The notes under the pieces: generated by a model
The model's input: the letters and a program-made list of their open reading frames with translations, nothing else
What the model was told of the DNA's origin: nothing
Database searches by the model: none
Assembly: GCA_965200965.1 (NCBI GenBank)
Contig: OZ241744.1
Coordinates: 832,001 to 896,000 of the forward strand
Direction: 5' to 3'
Source: an uncultured Candidatus Binatia bacterium
Lineage (GTDB): Bacteria; Desulfobacterota; Binatia; Bin18
DNA length: 64,000 bases
Made by a program: the position numbers and the translations under genes
Shown here: positions 1 through 9,872 of the stretch, piece by piece
Numbering within the stretch: the first letter of the stretch is position 1
Layout: each line of letters opens with the position of its first letter

Positions 1-533
1 ATGTCGGACAGGCCAACGGGCGCTACTTCTTCTCGGTGGCGGTCATGGGTTTGGCCGCCGAGATCAACCGCCGAGCCAACGCTCTGACCAGGCTGCGGGT
101 GAATGCGGTGTATTCTCTGCTCACCGTTGCCACGATTTTTCGCACCCATCCCCGTCTCTTTACCCTGGAGTACGAAGGCCGCCGCCGCCGCTGCTACAGT
201 TGGCTGATCGCGGTCGGCAATACCTTGAGCAGCGGCCGGGGCATGGCCCTCGTGCCAACCGCCCGGCCGGACGACGGACAGTTGGACGTGTGTGTGGTCG
301 GCGGCATGGGCCGGGTTGAGTTGGTGCTGTCCGTGTTTCCCCGTGTGTTCAGCGGTCGGCATATGTACCACACCGGGGTAGAGACCCTGCGCGGGAGTGC
401 CATAACGATTCACGCCGACCAGCCCGACGACATCTACGCCGACGGAGAACGGATAGGTCCCCTGCCGGTAAGGCTGACGGCCATTCCTCGGGCGCTGCGT
501 GTGTTGGTGCCGCCCGCCCCTCAGCGCGGATGA
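1..533 (+). CDS. Diacylglycerol/lipid kinase family protein (YegS/DagK-like), 5'-truncated by the window edge
   Basis: Frame open from the window start (VGQANGRYFFSVAVMG); C-terminal motifs GRGMALVPTARPDDGQLDV and IYADGE. Confidence 0.85.
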   Translation, partial: VGQANGRYFFSVAVMGLAAEINRRANALTRLRVNAVYSLLTVATIFRTHPRLFTLEYEGRRRRCYSWLIAVGNTLSSGRGMALVPTARPDDGQLDVCVVGGMGRVELVLSVFPRVFSGRHMYHTGVETLRGSAITIHADQPDDIYADGERIGPLPVRLTAIPRALRVLVPPAPQRG

Positions 534-626
534 TGATGTCTGCTTGCTCAGGAGCGCATTATGGTCCCCCTCGGTCCCCCTTGCAGTCCGGCGGCGATGT
601 GGTACACGGAGGCGAAGAGGTGAAAC

Positions 627-1029
627 ATGTTCTGTCAGGAAGAACAAATCACAGCGCGGGGAACAGCCGTTCAACTGCTCAAAGGCGGCCGTAGAGACCC
701 CCTCCTGTATCTACACACTGCTCTTTGCCGCCCCGACTCCAGCTTGGCCAAGACCTTTATTCCAGACAATCCCAGCCCCGCGGCCCCGTCACATGCCCTG
801 AAAGGAAAGCCCGGGCCGCCAGGGCCCGGGTCGGCTGGAATTCCTCTCTGTGCAATCCAAAGCTCCGGGAACGTCATATCGGCTCAGCCCCGCGGCGCAC
901 GGCAAAGCCTATCAGGCCGGTATTGCCGGCTCGCAGCTCGTGTCTCTTCCGGGCTATGGTCATGTCCCGCCGTTTGAGAAGCCGCAGGAGACCGCCGCGG
1001 CTGCGCTAGTGCGGTTTTTTGCGCAATGA
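627..1029 (+). pseudogene. Internally deleted, frameshifted alpha/beta hydrolase remnant
   Basis: ATG 627 after AGAGGTG; N-terminal GTAVQLLKGGRRDPLLYLH, middle ARVGWNSSLCNPKLRER and C-terminal HGKAYQAGIAGSQLVSLPGYGHVPPFEKPQETA..stop 1029 lie in three different frames. Confidence 0.65.
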
Positions 1030-1046
1030 AGCAGGGAGGGCCATCT

Positions 1047-1688
1047 ATGGACTACCCCGAACCGTTCACGGCCGAGATGTTTGACCGGGTTGACGCGACC
1101 GAAGATGAGCGCTTCTACGAGCTTGCCCGCAAGCTCGTCCATATTGACGAGCCGGCGATTGCCGCGGTGGGAGATTTTATCCAAACGGCCTTTGTGCCAA
1201 ACGGGGTGTTGCTTGACCTGATGAGCAGTTGGCGCTCTCATCTGCCCCGGGGCTTTGTCAAACATCGCCTGATAGGCCTGGGCCTGAATATGGAGGAGAT
1301 GGCCGATAACCCGGACCTGGACGCCTATGTAGTCCACAATCTGAATACCAATCCCGCCCTCCCGTTTGACGACGGAATGTTTCATGGCGTGCTGGTCACG
1401 GTGTCCATCCAATACCTGATTCAACCGCTCGAAGTGTTTGCCGAGGTCTGCCGGGTGCTGAGGCCGGGCGGGCTGTTTGCCGTCTTCTTTTCGAACCGCA
1501 TGTTTCCGACCAAGGCGATCCGGGTCTGGCAGACGCTCCGCGATACCGGGAGGCGCGATCTGGTCGAGAAATATTTTCAGCTGACCGACGGCTTTGAGGC
1601 ACCGCTGTTTTACGATCTGAGTCCCAACCCCGGCCACTCTGACCCGCTGTATGTGGTGTGCGCCCGCAAGAAGCCGGCCGCGGGGTGA
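1047..1688 (+). CDS. Class I SAM-dependent methyltransferase
   Basis: DEXFY..RKLVHIDE, LLDLMSSWRSH, VLRPGG and FSNRMFPTKA motifs; ATG 1047 after GGAGG. Confidence 0.85.
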   Translation: MDYPEPFTAEMFDRVDATEDERFYELARKLVHIDEPAIAAVGDFIQTAFVPNGVLLDLMSSWRSHLPRGFVKHRLIGLGLNMEEMADNPDLDAYVVHNLNTNPALPFDDGMFHGVLVTVSIQYLIQPLEVFAEVCRVLRPGGLFAVFFSNRMFPTKAIRVWQTLRDTGRRDLVEKYFQLTDGFEAPLFYDLSPNPGHSDPLYVVCARKKPAAG

Positions 1689-2353
1689 GGCACGCGCCCT
1701 GTCAAGCCGTGGGCCGGCCTGAGCGCCCTGCGCGGCCCAACCTCAGCCAGGAACGCAGGCTGTGGCAACACGGTCTGGGCGCAGTTGCCGGAGTTGACGA
1801 GGTCGGTATCGGGCCTTTGGCTGGCCCTGTGGTCGCCGCGGCAGTGATGTTTCCGGCCCAGCAGCTTGCCTCAGACCACGACATCCCGGCCGCTTGGCCC
1901 CAAGGCGTGCGAGACTCAAAGACCCTCACCCATACAGCCCGGCAGCGCCTCGATCTTGCCATTCGCCAGCTCGCCCAGGCTATCGGGATCGGGCTAGTTG
2001 AGGTTGAAGAGATTGACCGGATCAATATCTATCAGGCCGGACTCAAGGCCATGCGTTTGGCGGTGGAGCGGCTGAGCGTTCCACCTCAGCAGGTGTTGGT
2101 TGACGGTCGCCATATCCCTGAGTTGGCCTGTCTCCAGACCGCTTTTCCCAAAGGCGACCGTAACATTTTCAGCATTGCCGCGGCCTCGATTATCGCCAAA
2201 GTCTACCGCGACCGTCTGATGATCGCGCTCGATCGCCGCTATCCGCACTACGGCTTTGCCGGCCACAAGGGCTATGGCACGGCGTCCCACCGGGCGGCTC
2301 TGCGGGAGTTTGGCCCGTGTCCGGCCCATCGCCGCTCATTTCGCCTAGGGTAA
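1685..2353 (+). CDS. rnhB: Ribonuclease HII
   Basis: AGVDEVGIGPLAGPVVAAAV, DSK, SIAAASIIAKV, HKGYGT and HRRSF motifs; GTG start overlaps the upstream TGA. Confidence 0.95.
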   Translation: MRHAPCQAVGRPERPARPNLSQERRLWQHGLGAVAGVDEVGIGPLAGPVVAAAVMFPAQQLASDHDIPAAWPQGVRDSKTLTHTARQRLDLAIRQLAQAIGIGLVEVEEIDRINIYQAGLKAMRLAVERLSVPPQQVLVDGRHIPELACLQTAFPKGDRNIFSIAAASIIAKVYRDRLMIALDRRYPHYGFAGHKGYGTASHRAALREFGPCPAHRRSFRLG

Positions 2354-2414
2354 GCAACCCTTCCCCCAGTGTCTGAAGAGCGATATACTAGGCCCAGTTG
2401 ATATCGAGTCGGAA

Positions 2415-2463
2415 ATGACGAACCCTGATGACAGATCGAAAGGTGGGGAACAGGGTTCGTCAT
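2415..2463. repeat. 13-bp perfect inverted repeat directly upstream of the E2 ribosome-binding site
   Basis: ATGACGAACCCTG (2415-2427) / CAGGGTTCGTCAT (2451-2463), 23-nt loop, followed by GAGGAGG. Confidence 0.75.
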
Positions 2464-2475
2464 GAGGAGGAGCGC

Positions 2476-3756
2476 ATGGCCATTGATGTGTGTATGCCCC
2501 GTCTCAGTGACACTATGGAAGAGGGCAAGGTTCTCAAGTGGCTCAAGCAGGTTGGGGACCAGGTTGAGATCGGTGACATCATCACCGAGGTTGAAACCGA
2601 CAAGGCCGATATGGAAATGGAGGCCCTTGACGAGGGAATGCTGATCGAAATCCTCGTCCCGGAGGGCGGCACGGTCGTGGTCGGCGGCGTGATGGCCCGC
2701 TTAGGCACGGCCGATGAAATCGTCTCCGCCGGCAGCCCCGCGCGTGAGCCGGCCACGGGCGACGGGGCGGCCGAAACACCGCTGCCTGAGCCGGCTGTCA
2801 GCCCTCCAGCCCCGACTCCAGTGCCCAAGGTTCGTGAGCTGCGCGATATCCGCACCCAGCGCGAAGATCCCGGGCGGCCCCTTGCCTCGCCGCTCGTCAG
2901 GCGTATGGCCGAAGAGTTGAGCCTTGACCTCAGCCAAGTGCCGGGCAGCGGGCTAGGCGGCCGGATTGTCAAACGCGACCTTGATGCCTACACCGCGGCC
3001 CAGGCACCGCTCAGCGTCGCCCCCGAGACACGCACTGAGCCTGGACCCGAGGCCAACCCTTCCGGCCCAATCCCGGGCGGCCGAGAGCCGTTTTCGCGTA
3101 TGCGGGCGACCATCGCCAAACGGATGGCGGAGAGTATGCGGGAAGTGCCCCATTTTTATCTCACCGCCGAGATCAATATGTCCGAGGCGGTCCGCTTGCG
3201 AACCGCGCTCAAGGCCAGCAACCGGGTGAGCGAGGATGTAACCTATACCCATCTGCTGATGAAGGCGGTTGCCGTTGCCTTGAGCCGGCATCCGCGCCTC
3301 AATGCCAGGTTTGGCGGCGACGGCCGGGAGTATCAGGAGCAGGTCAATATCGGTTTGGCGGTCTCGCTCGACGACGGCTTGATTGTGCCGGTCTTGCACC
3401 ACTGCGATAGCCTCTCTCTGCTCGATATTGCCGGCCAAGCCGCTGCGCTTGTAGAGCGTGCCCGAACCGGCAAGCCCCGGCCCGAAGACCTGAGCGGGGG
3501 GACTTTTACCATCTCCAATCTGGGGATGCTGCCGATTGATCATTTTACGGCTATTATCAACCAGCCCCAGGGGGCCATTCTGGCCCTTGGGACGATCAAG
3601 GAGCGGCCGGTGGTTCGAGACGGCCAAGTCACGATTGCGTCAACCATGCTGCTGACCCTGTCGTGCGACCACCGGATTATTGACGGCATGACCGGCGGGC
3701 AGTTTTTGCAGGAGCTGAAAAGCCTGTTGGAAAATCCGGTGGGCCTGATGGTGTAG
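2476..3756 (+). CDS. 2-oxoacid dehydrogenase E2 (dihydrolipoamide acyltransferase)
   Basis: Lipoyl domain EVETDKA, E3-binding ASPLVRRMAEE..GSGLGGRIVKRD, catalytic DHRIIDG. Confidence 0.95.
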   Translation: MAIDVCMPRLSDTMEEGKVLKWLKQVGDQVEIGDIITEVETDKADMEMEALDEGMLIEILVPEGGTVVVGGVMARLGTADEIVSAGSPAREPATGDGAAETPLPEPAVSPPAPTPVPKVRELRDIRTQREDPGRPLASPLVRRMAEELSLDLSQVPGSGLGGRIVKRDLDAYTAAQAPLSVAPETRTEPGPEANPSGPIPGGREPFSRMRATIAKRMAESMREVPHFYLTAEINMSEAVRLRTALKASNRVSEDVTYTHLLMKAVAVALSRHPRLNARFGGDGREYQEQVNIGLAVSLDDGLIVPVLHHCDSLSLLDIAGQAAALVERARTGKPRPEDLSGGTFTISNLGMLPIDHFTAIINQPQGAILALGTIKERPVVRDGQVTIASTMLLTLSCDHRIIDGMTGGQFLQELKSLLENPVGLMV

Positions 3757-3771
3757 CGAAAGAGAGACCTC

Positions 3772-5172
3772 GTGGAACATTATGATCTTGTTGTCATCGG
3801 AGCCGGTCCGGGCGGCTATGTGGCGGCCATTCGGGCCGCCCAACTCGGGCTTACGGTCGCGGTGGTGGAAAAAGAACAGGCCGGTGGGGTGTGTTTGAAC
3901 TGGGGCTGTATCCCGTCCAAGGCGATCTTGACTTCGGCCGAGATGTATGAGGAGTTGAAGGAGAGCGAGCACTTTGGCATCAAAGTCCAGGGCTTGTCGT
4001 GTGACTACGGCCAAGTCATCAAACGCTCACGGGCCATTGCCAGTCGCCTGGCCAAAGGGGTCGAGTTTTTACTGAAAAAGAATAAGATTTCGCTGCTGAA
4101 AGGCACCGGGCGTCTTGACGGCCCGCACCGGGTCCTGGTTCGCGCCACGGATCAGACGGAACAGCAGCTCGAGGCCGACCGCATTCTGATTGCGACCGGC
4201 TCACAGGAGCGCAGCCTGTCCGGCCTGGAGATCGACGCCAGGCAGATCGTCACCAGCTATGAGGCCCTGACCGACGGCGAGATTCCGGACTCCATGCTGA
4301 TTGTCGGGGGTGGGGCGATTGGCTGCGAGTTTGCCTATATCTACAGTGTCTTTGGCAGCCGGGTGACGGTTGTGGAGATGGAGTCACAGCTATTGCCCGG
4401 AGTGGATGCCGAAATCGCCCAGGAATTAGAGAAAAGCTTTAAGAAAAAGGGTATTGAGGTACTCACCAGCACCACATTTGACAGCCTTGAAAAATTTCCG
4501 GCGCGTCTCGATATCCGGCTTGACCATCAGGGCGAGCGCAAAGAACGCACCGCCAACAAGGTGTTGGTCGCGGTCGGACGCGTGCCACTGAGCACCGACC
4601 TTGGCCTCGAAGCCCTGGGCGTAGAGTTCGAGCGGGGCTATATCAAGGTGAACGAACAGTTCCAAACGGGCTGTGAGTCGGTCTATGCCATAGGGGATGT
4701 CATCGGCCAGCCTCTGCTGGCCCACGCCGCCTCAGAGGAAGGAGTGGCCGCGGTTGAGTGCCTGTTTGGCGAGCGAGACAAGGGCGTAGACCATTCTCGG
4801 ATTCCGGCCTGCATCTACTGTCAGCCCCAGATCGCGGTGATTGGGTTGAGCGAACAGGAGGCCATTGATAGGGGCTACGAAGTCACGGTCGGCAAATTTC
4901 CCTTTCTGGCCTCCGGCAAAGCCTTGGCGGCCGGGCATGACGAGGGCTTGGTGAAACTCGTAGTTGATGTGCAGTACGGCGAGATTCTGGGCTGCCATAT
5001 GATCGGACGGGGGGCCACCGAGTTGATTGCCGAGGTGGGCTTGGCCCGCACCCTTGAGGCGACGACCGCAGAGCTGACCGGCACGGTCCACCCCCATCCG
5101 ACCCTGTCCGAAGCGATTATGGAAGCCGCGTTGAGCGCCGAGGGGCGGTCGATCAATTTTTGGGAGCACTGA
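3772..5172 (+). CDS. lpdA: Dihydrolipoyl dehydrogenase (E3)
   Basis: GAGPGGYVAA, GGVCLNWGCIPSK and HPHPTLSE motifs. Confidence 0.97.
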   Translation: MEHYDLVVIGAGPGGYVAAIRAAQLGLTVAVVEKEQAGGVCLNWGCIPSKAILTSAEMYEELKESEHFGIKVQGLSCDYGQVIKRSRAIASRLAKGVEFLLKKNKISLLKGTGRLDGPHRVLVRATDQTEQQLEADRILIATGSQERSLSGLEIDARQIVTSYEALTDGEIPDSMLIVGGGAIGCEFAYIYSVFGSRVTVVEMESQLLPGVDAEIAQELEKSFKKKGIEVLTSTTFDSLEKFPARLDIRLDHQGERKERTANKVLVAVGRVPLSTDLGLEALGVEFERGYIKVNEQFQTGCESVYAIGDVIGQPLLAHAASEEGVAAVECLFGERDKGVDHSRIPACIYCQPQIAVIGLSEQEAIDRGYEVTVGKFPFLASGKALAAGHDEGLVKLVVDVQYGEILGCHMIGRGATELIAEVGLARTLEATTAELTGTVHPHPTLSEAIMEAALSAEGRSINFWEH

Positions 5173-6021
5173 GTGCAGCTGCGGTGTCTCGATCTGGGGC
5201 TGGTCGAATACCGGCGTGCGCTGGCGCTGCAAGAGGCATGTGTTGCGCAGCGCCGCGGGGGAGTCGGTCAGGACAGGCTTCTGCTGCTCGAACACCCGCC
5301 CGTCTTTACCCTGGGACGCGGAGCGGACGAGGGCTTTGTGCTCAATGCCGGCCGCGTTCCAGTCCATCGGGTCAGCCGGGGAGGGCAGGTGACGTTTCAC
5401 GGGCCGGGCCAACTCATCGGCTACCCCATCCTGGTCCTGCCTCGCCACCGGCGAGATGTCCACGTCTATATCCGCGGCCTGGAAAACGTGCTGATCGAGA
5501 CCCTGGCGAGTTACGGCCTCGAAGCCCGGCAGCGCGAAGGCTTGACCGGCGTGTGGTGTGGCACTGACAAGATCGCCTCCATTGGCATTGGCATCCGCCG
5601 CTGGGTCACCTTTCACGGCTTTGCCCTCAACGTCGATCCCGATCTGTCGTATTTTGACGCCGTTATTCCGTGCGGCCTAGCCGGGGTGCGGATGACCTCA
5701 ATGGCGCGTATGCTAGGCCATCCGGTTGTCCTCCAGGCAGTCAAGCTCCGGCTGGCAGAAATCTTTGCCGCTACTTTTGGCTATCAAGGTGGTGCGCTCT
5801 TGGAGGAAACGCTATGGAACACGCACGGCCTGACAGGCCCGACCAGCCCCGGCCCAGAAAACGCCGCCCCGACTGGCTCAAAGTCCGCATGCCCGGTGGA
5901 CCGGGCTACACCAGGACCAAAGGGATTGTCTCAGCCTTCAAGCTCAACACCGTATGCGAGGAAGCCCACTGCCCGAACATCGGCGAGTGCTGGGGCCACG
6001 GCACGGCCACCTTCATGCTGA
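5173..6021 (+). CDS. lipB: Octanoyltransferase LipB (frame runs 208 nt into lipA)
   Basis: LLEHPPVFTLG, RGGQVTFHGPGQL, KIASIG, HGFALN and PCGL motifs. Confidence 0.92.
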   Translation: MQLRCLDLGLVEYRRALALQEACVAQRRGGVGQDRLLLLEHPPVFTLGRGADEGFVLNAGRVPVHRVSRGGQVTFHGPGQLIGYPILVLPRHRRDVHVYIRGLENVLIETLASYGLEARQREGLTGVWCGTDKIASIGIGIRRWVTFHGFALNVDPDLSYFDAVIPCGLAGVRMTSMARMLGHPVVLQAVKLRLAEIFAATFGYQGGALLEETLWNTHGLTGPTSPGPENAAPTGSKSACPVDRATPGPKGLSQPSSSTPYARKPTARTSASAGATARPPSC

Positions 6022-6701
6022 TGGGCGAGGGGTGCAGCCGTAACTGTCGCTTCTGCGCGGTCAAGCACGGGCACTTGGCCGGCCTTGACCCGGACGAGCC
6101 GCGGCGCGTGGCCAAGGCCGCCCTCACAATGGGTCTCACCCATCTTGTCGTCACCTCGGTGAACCGCGATGACCTGCCCGACGGCGGAGCCGAACACTTT
6201 GCAGAGACGGTCCGCCGTGTGAAGCGGGCTAAGCCGGACTGCACGATCGAAGTCCTGACCCCCGACTTCCAGGGCAATCAAGCCGCGGTCACCACTGTCG
6301 CCCGGTCTCCCTTGGATATTTACAATCACAATACCGAAACCGTCCCCCGGCTGTACAGGAAAGTCCGGCCCGGGGCCAAGTACGAACGCTCGCTGCGCGT
6401 CTTGGAGATTGTCAAGGCAGGCCGCCCGGCACGGCACACCAAGACCGGCCTGATGCTCGGCCTTGGCGAGACCTACGAAGAACTCCTGGCCGTGTTTGGC
6501 GATCTGCGCGCGGTCGGCTGTGACATCCTGACCCTTGGCCAGTACCTGCGGCCGTCTACAGATCAACTCCCGGTTGAACGCTATGTCCATCCCGACGAGT
6601 TTACGGCCCTCGGCCAACAAGCCCGGGGGCTGGGCTTTCGCCACGTTGAGGCCGGCCCCCTGGTGCGCAGCTCCTACCACGCCTGGAGGCATGTCGCCTG
6701 A
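5814..6701 (+). CDS. lipA: Lipoyl synthase
   Basis: CEEAHCPNIGEC, CSRNCRFC and RSSYHA motifs; ATG 5814 after GGAGG. Confidence 0.97.
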   Translation: MEHARPDRPDQPRPRKRRPDWLKVRMPGGPGYTRTKGIVSAFKLNTVCEEAHCPNIGECWGHGTATFMLMGEGCSRNCRFCAVKHGHLAGLDPDEPRRVAKAALTMGLTHLVVTSVNRDDLPDGGAEHFAETVRRVKRAKPDCTIEVLTPDFQGNQAAVTTVARSPLDIYNHNTETVPRLYRKVRPGAKYERSLRVLEIVKAGRPARHTKTGLMLGLGETYEELLAVFGDLRAVGCDILTLGQYLRPSTDQLPVERYVHPDEFTALGQQARGLGFRHVEAGPLVRSSYHAWRHVA

Positions 6702-7000
6702 TCTGGCCCGCTTGGCCTTCCGCCGGCGCTTATGACGCATTCGGTCTTCCAGGCATAGGGCTGGCCGATTGCTACTTGACCAGATGGGCGGCGGCCTGCC
6801 GGAGACGGTCAAGACCGAAGAGGGGCCGATGGGCGTTTGTCATCAACCGCACATCTGGGAAACGTCAGGGCGTCGGCTGGCGGGCACAGGTCGGTATCAA
6901 AATTTTCCAGGCGCAACACCTCGGGGTCTTTGGGGCTGTCGGTCAGGTCGTCCATCTGTTCAACAGGCGTGGCGTCCTCACTGTGAGCCGGGACACTGGG

Positions 7001-8134
7001 CTACATGCCGTAGACCCCGGCGGCACTGTCGCCGAGCAGGTTCCGGCGGGCGGTCTCGGACAGGGGCGCGACGAGCTCCTGCAACTCTTCCATATAGTTG
7101 CGGGGGTGGTCAAAGTGGGGATAGTCGGTAGCCCAGAAAAACCGATCGTCGCCCACATAGTCAATGATGTGGGCCAGTGCCCGTTCGTCGGGGTCGCCCG
7201 AGATCCAGCACTGGCGCTTGAAATAGAAGCTGGGTTTTTCTTTGAGCGGGACATTGTCGCCTAGACTGGTCTCATAGGTCGTGTCCATGCGGTCCAGTGC
7301 CGCCCCGATCCAGCCGGCCCCGGACTCCAGCACAACCGCCTTGATCTTGGGGAAGCGGTCAAACAAGCCCCACTGGAACAGGCCGTAGAAGGCCTGCTGG
7401 GGACCCTGCATCCCAAGCGCGTTCTGCATCCAGCGCGCTTTGCCCATGCCGTCAAAGCGCTGGTAGGTCCGAATCTTGGGATGTTCGGCCATTGGATGGA
7501 TGGCGACCGGCACGTTGAGGTCTTGGGCGGCGGCCCAGAACGCGTCGTGGTCGGGGTGGGCGTGGGGGATGCGGGTCAGGGTGTAGGGGGCCAGAAAAGC
7601 GCCTCTGGCCCCGGCACGCACGACGCGTTCCAGTTCGGCCGCGGCTTTGACCGGGTCGGCCAGCGAGATGTGGGCAATGGCGATCAGGCGACCGTCGGAG
7701 TCGGCGCAGAAGTCGCACAGCCAGCGGTTATAGGCCTGGGCGTAGGCCAGGGACAGCCCGGCGTCTTGCACTTCGCACTCCCAGGTCAGGCCCAGACTCG
7801 GATACAGGATGGCTTTGGCTATGCCCTCCTGGTCCAGCAGGGCGACCCGCTCCTTGGGGTCCATAGAGCCGAAGGGCGCAGTGCCCGGGTAGGACTGCTC
7901 CATCATGTCAGCCATTTCCTGGCTGTTTTTGCCCATCGCGCCGAGTCCGGCCAGGGTCCGAATATCGAAGAACCGCGACGGCTTGCCGTCCAACTCCAGC
8001 ACCTCCCGGCCGTTGTGCTGACGGACGCGCAGCGCCCGGTCACGGTAGGCCGGCTCAATGTATTTCTCCCAGGTATCAACGGGTTCAAGAATATGTCCGT
8101 CGGCGTCAATGATATTGTGGTAGGTCAGTGCCAT
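7001..8134 (-). CDS. Amidohydrolase family protein (amidohydro_2 type)
   Basis: IIDADGHILEP, VAIHP and ATDYPHFD metal-binding motifs. Confidence 0.9.
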   Translation of the reverse strand: MALTYHNIIDADGHILEPVDTWEKYIEPAYRDRALRVRQHNGREVLELDGKPSRFFDIRTLAGLGAMGKNSQEMADMMEQSYPGTAPFGSMDPKERVALLDQEGIAKAILYPSLGLTWECEVQDAGLSLAYAQAYNRWLCDFCADSDGRLIAIAHISLADPVKAAAELERVVRAGARGAFLAPYTLTRIPHAHPDHDAFWAAAQDLNVPVAIHPMAEHPKIRTYQRFDGMGKARWMQNALGMQGPQQAFYGLFQWGLFDRFPKIKAVVLESGAGWIGAALDRMDTTYETSLGDNVPLKEKPSFYFKRQCWISGDPDERALAHIIDYVGDDRFFWATDYPHFDHPRNYMEELQELVAPLSETARRNLLGDSAAGVYGM

Positions 8135-8209
8135 TGCCTTCTCGTCCTTTCTGTCTGAGCAGTGGGTACTGCACAATTCTAGCCGATTCTTGGACCGCTG
8201 GCCACCGGT

Positions 8210-8890
8210 TTACACGCCGCGTGTGTTTCCCCACAGGGCGACATGCAGGCGATAGCCGAGCCGGTAGCCATGCCGCAGACAGGCTTTGACCAAGTGGTGG
8301 GCCTGCTCGTTTAGCCGCTCGGCTTGGGCCGCTTCGGGCATCAGCATGACACGCTCGGCTGGCAGACCGAAGCGTGCCGCCAAGTCTGCAACCTCGGCAA
8401 TGTCCGCGCCCGTGGCAATCACAAATTTGAAGGTGGCGTTAGGCAGGGCCACAAAGGCCCGCAAAGCGCCCGGGTGCAGCCGTTTGTCGGTCGGGTTGCC
8501 CGAGTTCGCCAGCTTTGGCGAGACATTCCAGCGGGTGACGGCCGCGATCAGCCGCGTGGTGGGCACGAGGCTGCCGGCGGTCTCAACTTCGCTGCTCCAG
8601 TCCCGGCCGAGCAGCCCCAGCAACTTGGCTAGCGCCGGCTGTTGTAACAGCGGCTCGCCGCCGGTCACGACTAGGTTTCTGGGCCGCAGCCGCTGAAGCG
8701 CGCTGACCACTTGGTCCAAGCTGAATGCGTGGACTTCCGTGCGAATGTCGTAGGTCTTCCAGTCCCAGGTGTACCTGGTATCGCACCAGCCACAGCGCAG
8801 GTTGCAGTGGGCCAGCCGTAAAAACACGGACGGCACTCCCAGGGAAACGCCCTCGCCCTGGAGGCTTTCAAATATCTCGGACACCAGCAT
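8210..8890 (-). CDS. queE: 7-carboxy-7-deazaguanine synthase-like radical SAM enzyme
   Basis: SEIFESLQGEG, CNLRCGWCDT, VTGGEPLLQ, VSPKL and RLHVALWG motifs. Confidence 0.88.
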   Translation of the reverse strand: MLVSEIFESLQGEGVSLGVPSVFLRLAHCNLRCGWCDTRYTWDWKTYDIRTEVHAFSLDQVVSALQRLRPRNLVVTGGEPLLQQPALAKLLGLLGRDWSSEVETAGSLVPTTRLIAAVTRWNVSPKLANSGNPTDKRLHPGALRAFVALPNATFKFVIATGADIAEVADLAARFGLPAERVMLMPEAAQAERLNEQAHHLVKACLRHGYRLGYRLHVALWGNTRGV

Positions 8891-9080
8891 GGGGTCACGG
8901 CTATTCCAGATCATGCCTGATCCGTGTCATCATGAACTCAGGCGTGTCGTATGACGCGCTCCCACTGTTGTCAATGTGGACCGGCCGCTCAGGTTTTCTT
9001 TTTTTCCCGTGTGGTGTAGAAATTGGGGCCCAGGAAGTCGAGTGCCGCGCACTCTGGCGCGCGGAAGAAGGGAAACCTCA

Positions 9081-9872
9081 ATGGCACAATCAGCATCGTC
9101 CCCAGGGGCTACACCGGCAAAACGGTGTCCGCTCGACGGTGCCGCGTCATCGATCTGACAAAAATTATCGCTGGTCCGAACGCCACCCGTATGTTGGCCA
9201 CGATGGGCGCTGAGGTGATCCGGGTTGAGTGGCATGACCAGCGGGCGCTTGACCTGTTGCGCGGCGTCCAGCCCAAGGTGCCCGGTGGAGCGGCCGATAG
9301 TCCCAACCGCAGCGGCCTGTTTAACAACATCAATCCCAGCAAATACGGTATCACCTTATGAGTCTGCCCCAGGGCCGCGACTTGTTCAAACGCCTGATCG
9401 CCCGCTCCTCGGTCCTGTGCGAGAACTACAGCCCCGGTCAGATGGACCGCTGGGAGCTTGGCTATGAGGTATTGCGGGAGGTCAGCCCCGGGCTGACCTA
9501 TCTCCAGATCAGCGGCATGGGAAAGTCGGGCACCTATGATGACTATCTGAGCGTCGGCCCCACCGCCCAAGCCCTGTCGGGTTTGACCCATCTGTCGGGC
9601 TTACCCGAGCCAATGCTACCGGCCGGCTGGGGCTATTCGTATCTCAACCATTCAACTGACCCCCAGCTAAAGGCGCGCGGCGCGTTTGTGCCCTTACCGC
9701 ACTCCGAGATCGGCACTTGGCCGATTGAAGATTTTCCGGCCGCGGTCACAACATGCCGCTCAGCGTTGGCGGCGCGCCGTGCATGGGTGAGGACAACGAC
9801 ACGGTGTATCGTGACGTGCTCGGGCTGTCCGTTGAGGAAATTACCCAGCTCAGAGAGGACTGGATCATTTGA
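9081..9872 (+). pseudogene. CaiB/BaiF family III CoA-transferase, multiply frameshifted and internally deleted
   Basis: PLDG/RVIDLT split at ~9141, GITL/MSLPQG break at ~9358, central deletion near 9655; C-terminal GAPCMGEDNDTVYRDVLGL in another frame ending at TGA 9872. Confidence 0.8.

Noticed and set aside
2425-2441. Hammerhead ribozyme (CTGATGA..GAAA)
   Set aside because: The bases between the core motifs cannot form stem II, and no stem III or cleavage triplet is evident
6735-7000. Possible minus-strand gene remnant after the amidohydrolase
   Set aside because: Short frames broken by stops, with no identifiable motif
8210-8890. 7-deazaguanine DNA-modification (dpd) defence system built from queE, PTPS and the RM gene
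   Set aside because: The genes are tens of kb apart, dpdA and queC are absent, and the PTPS motifs are type II
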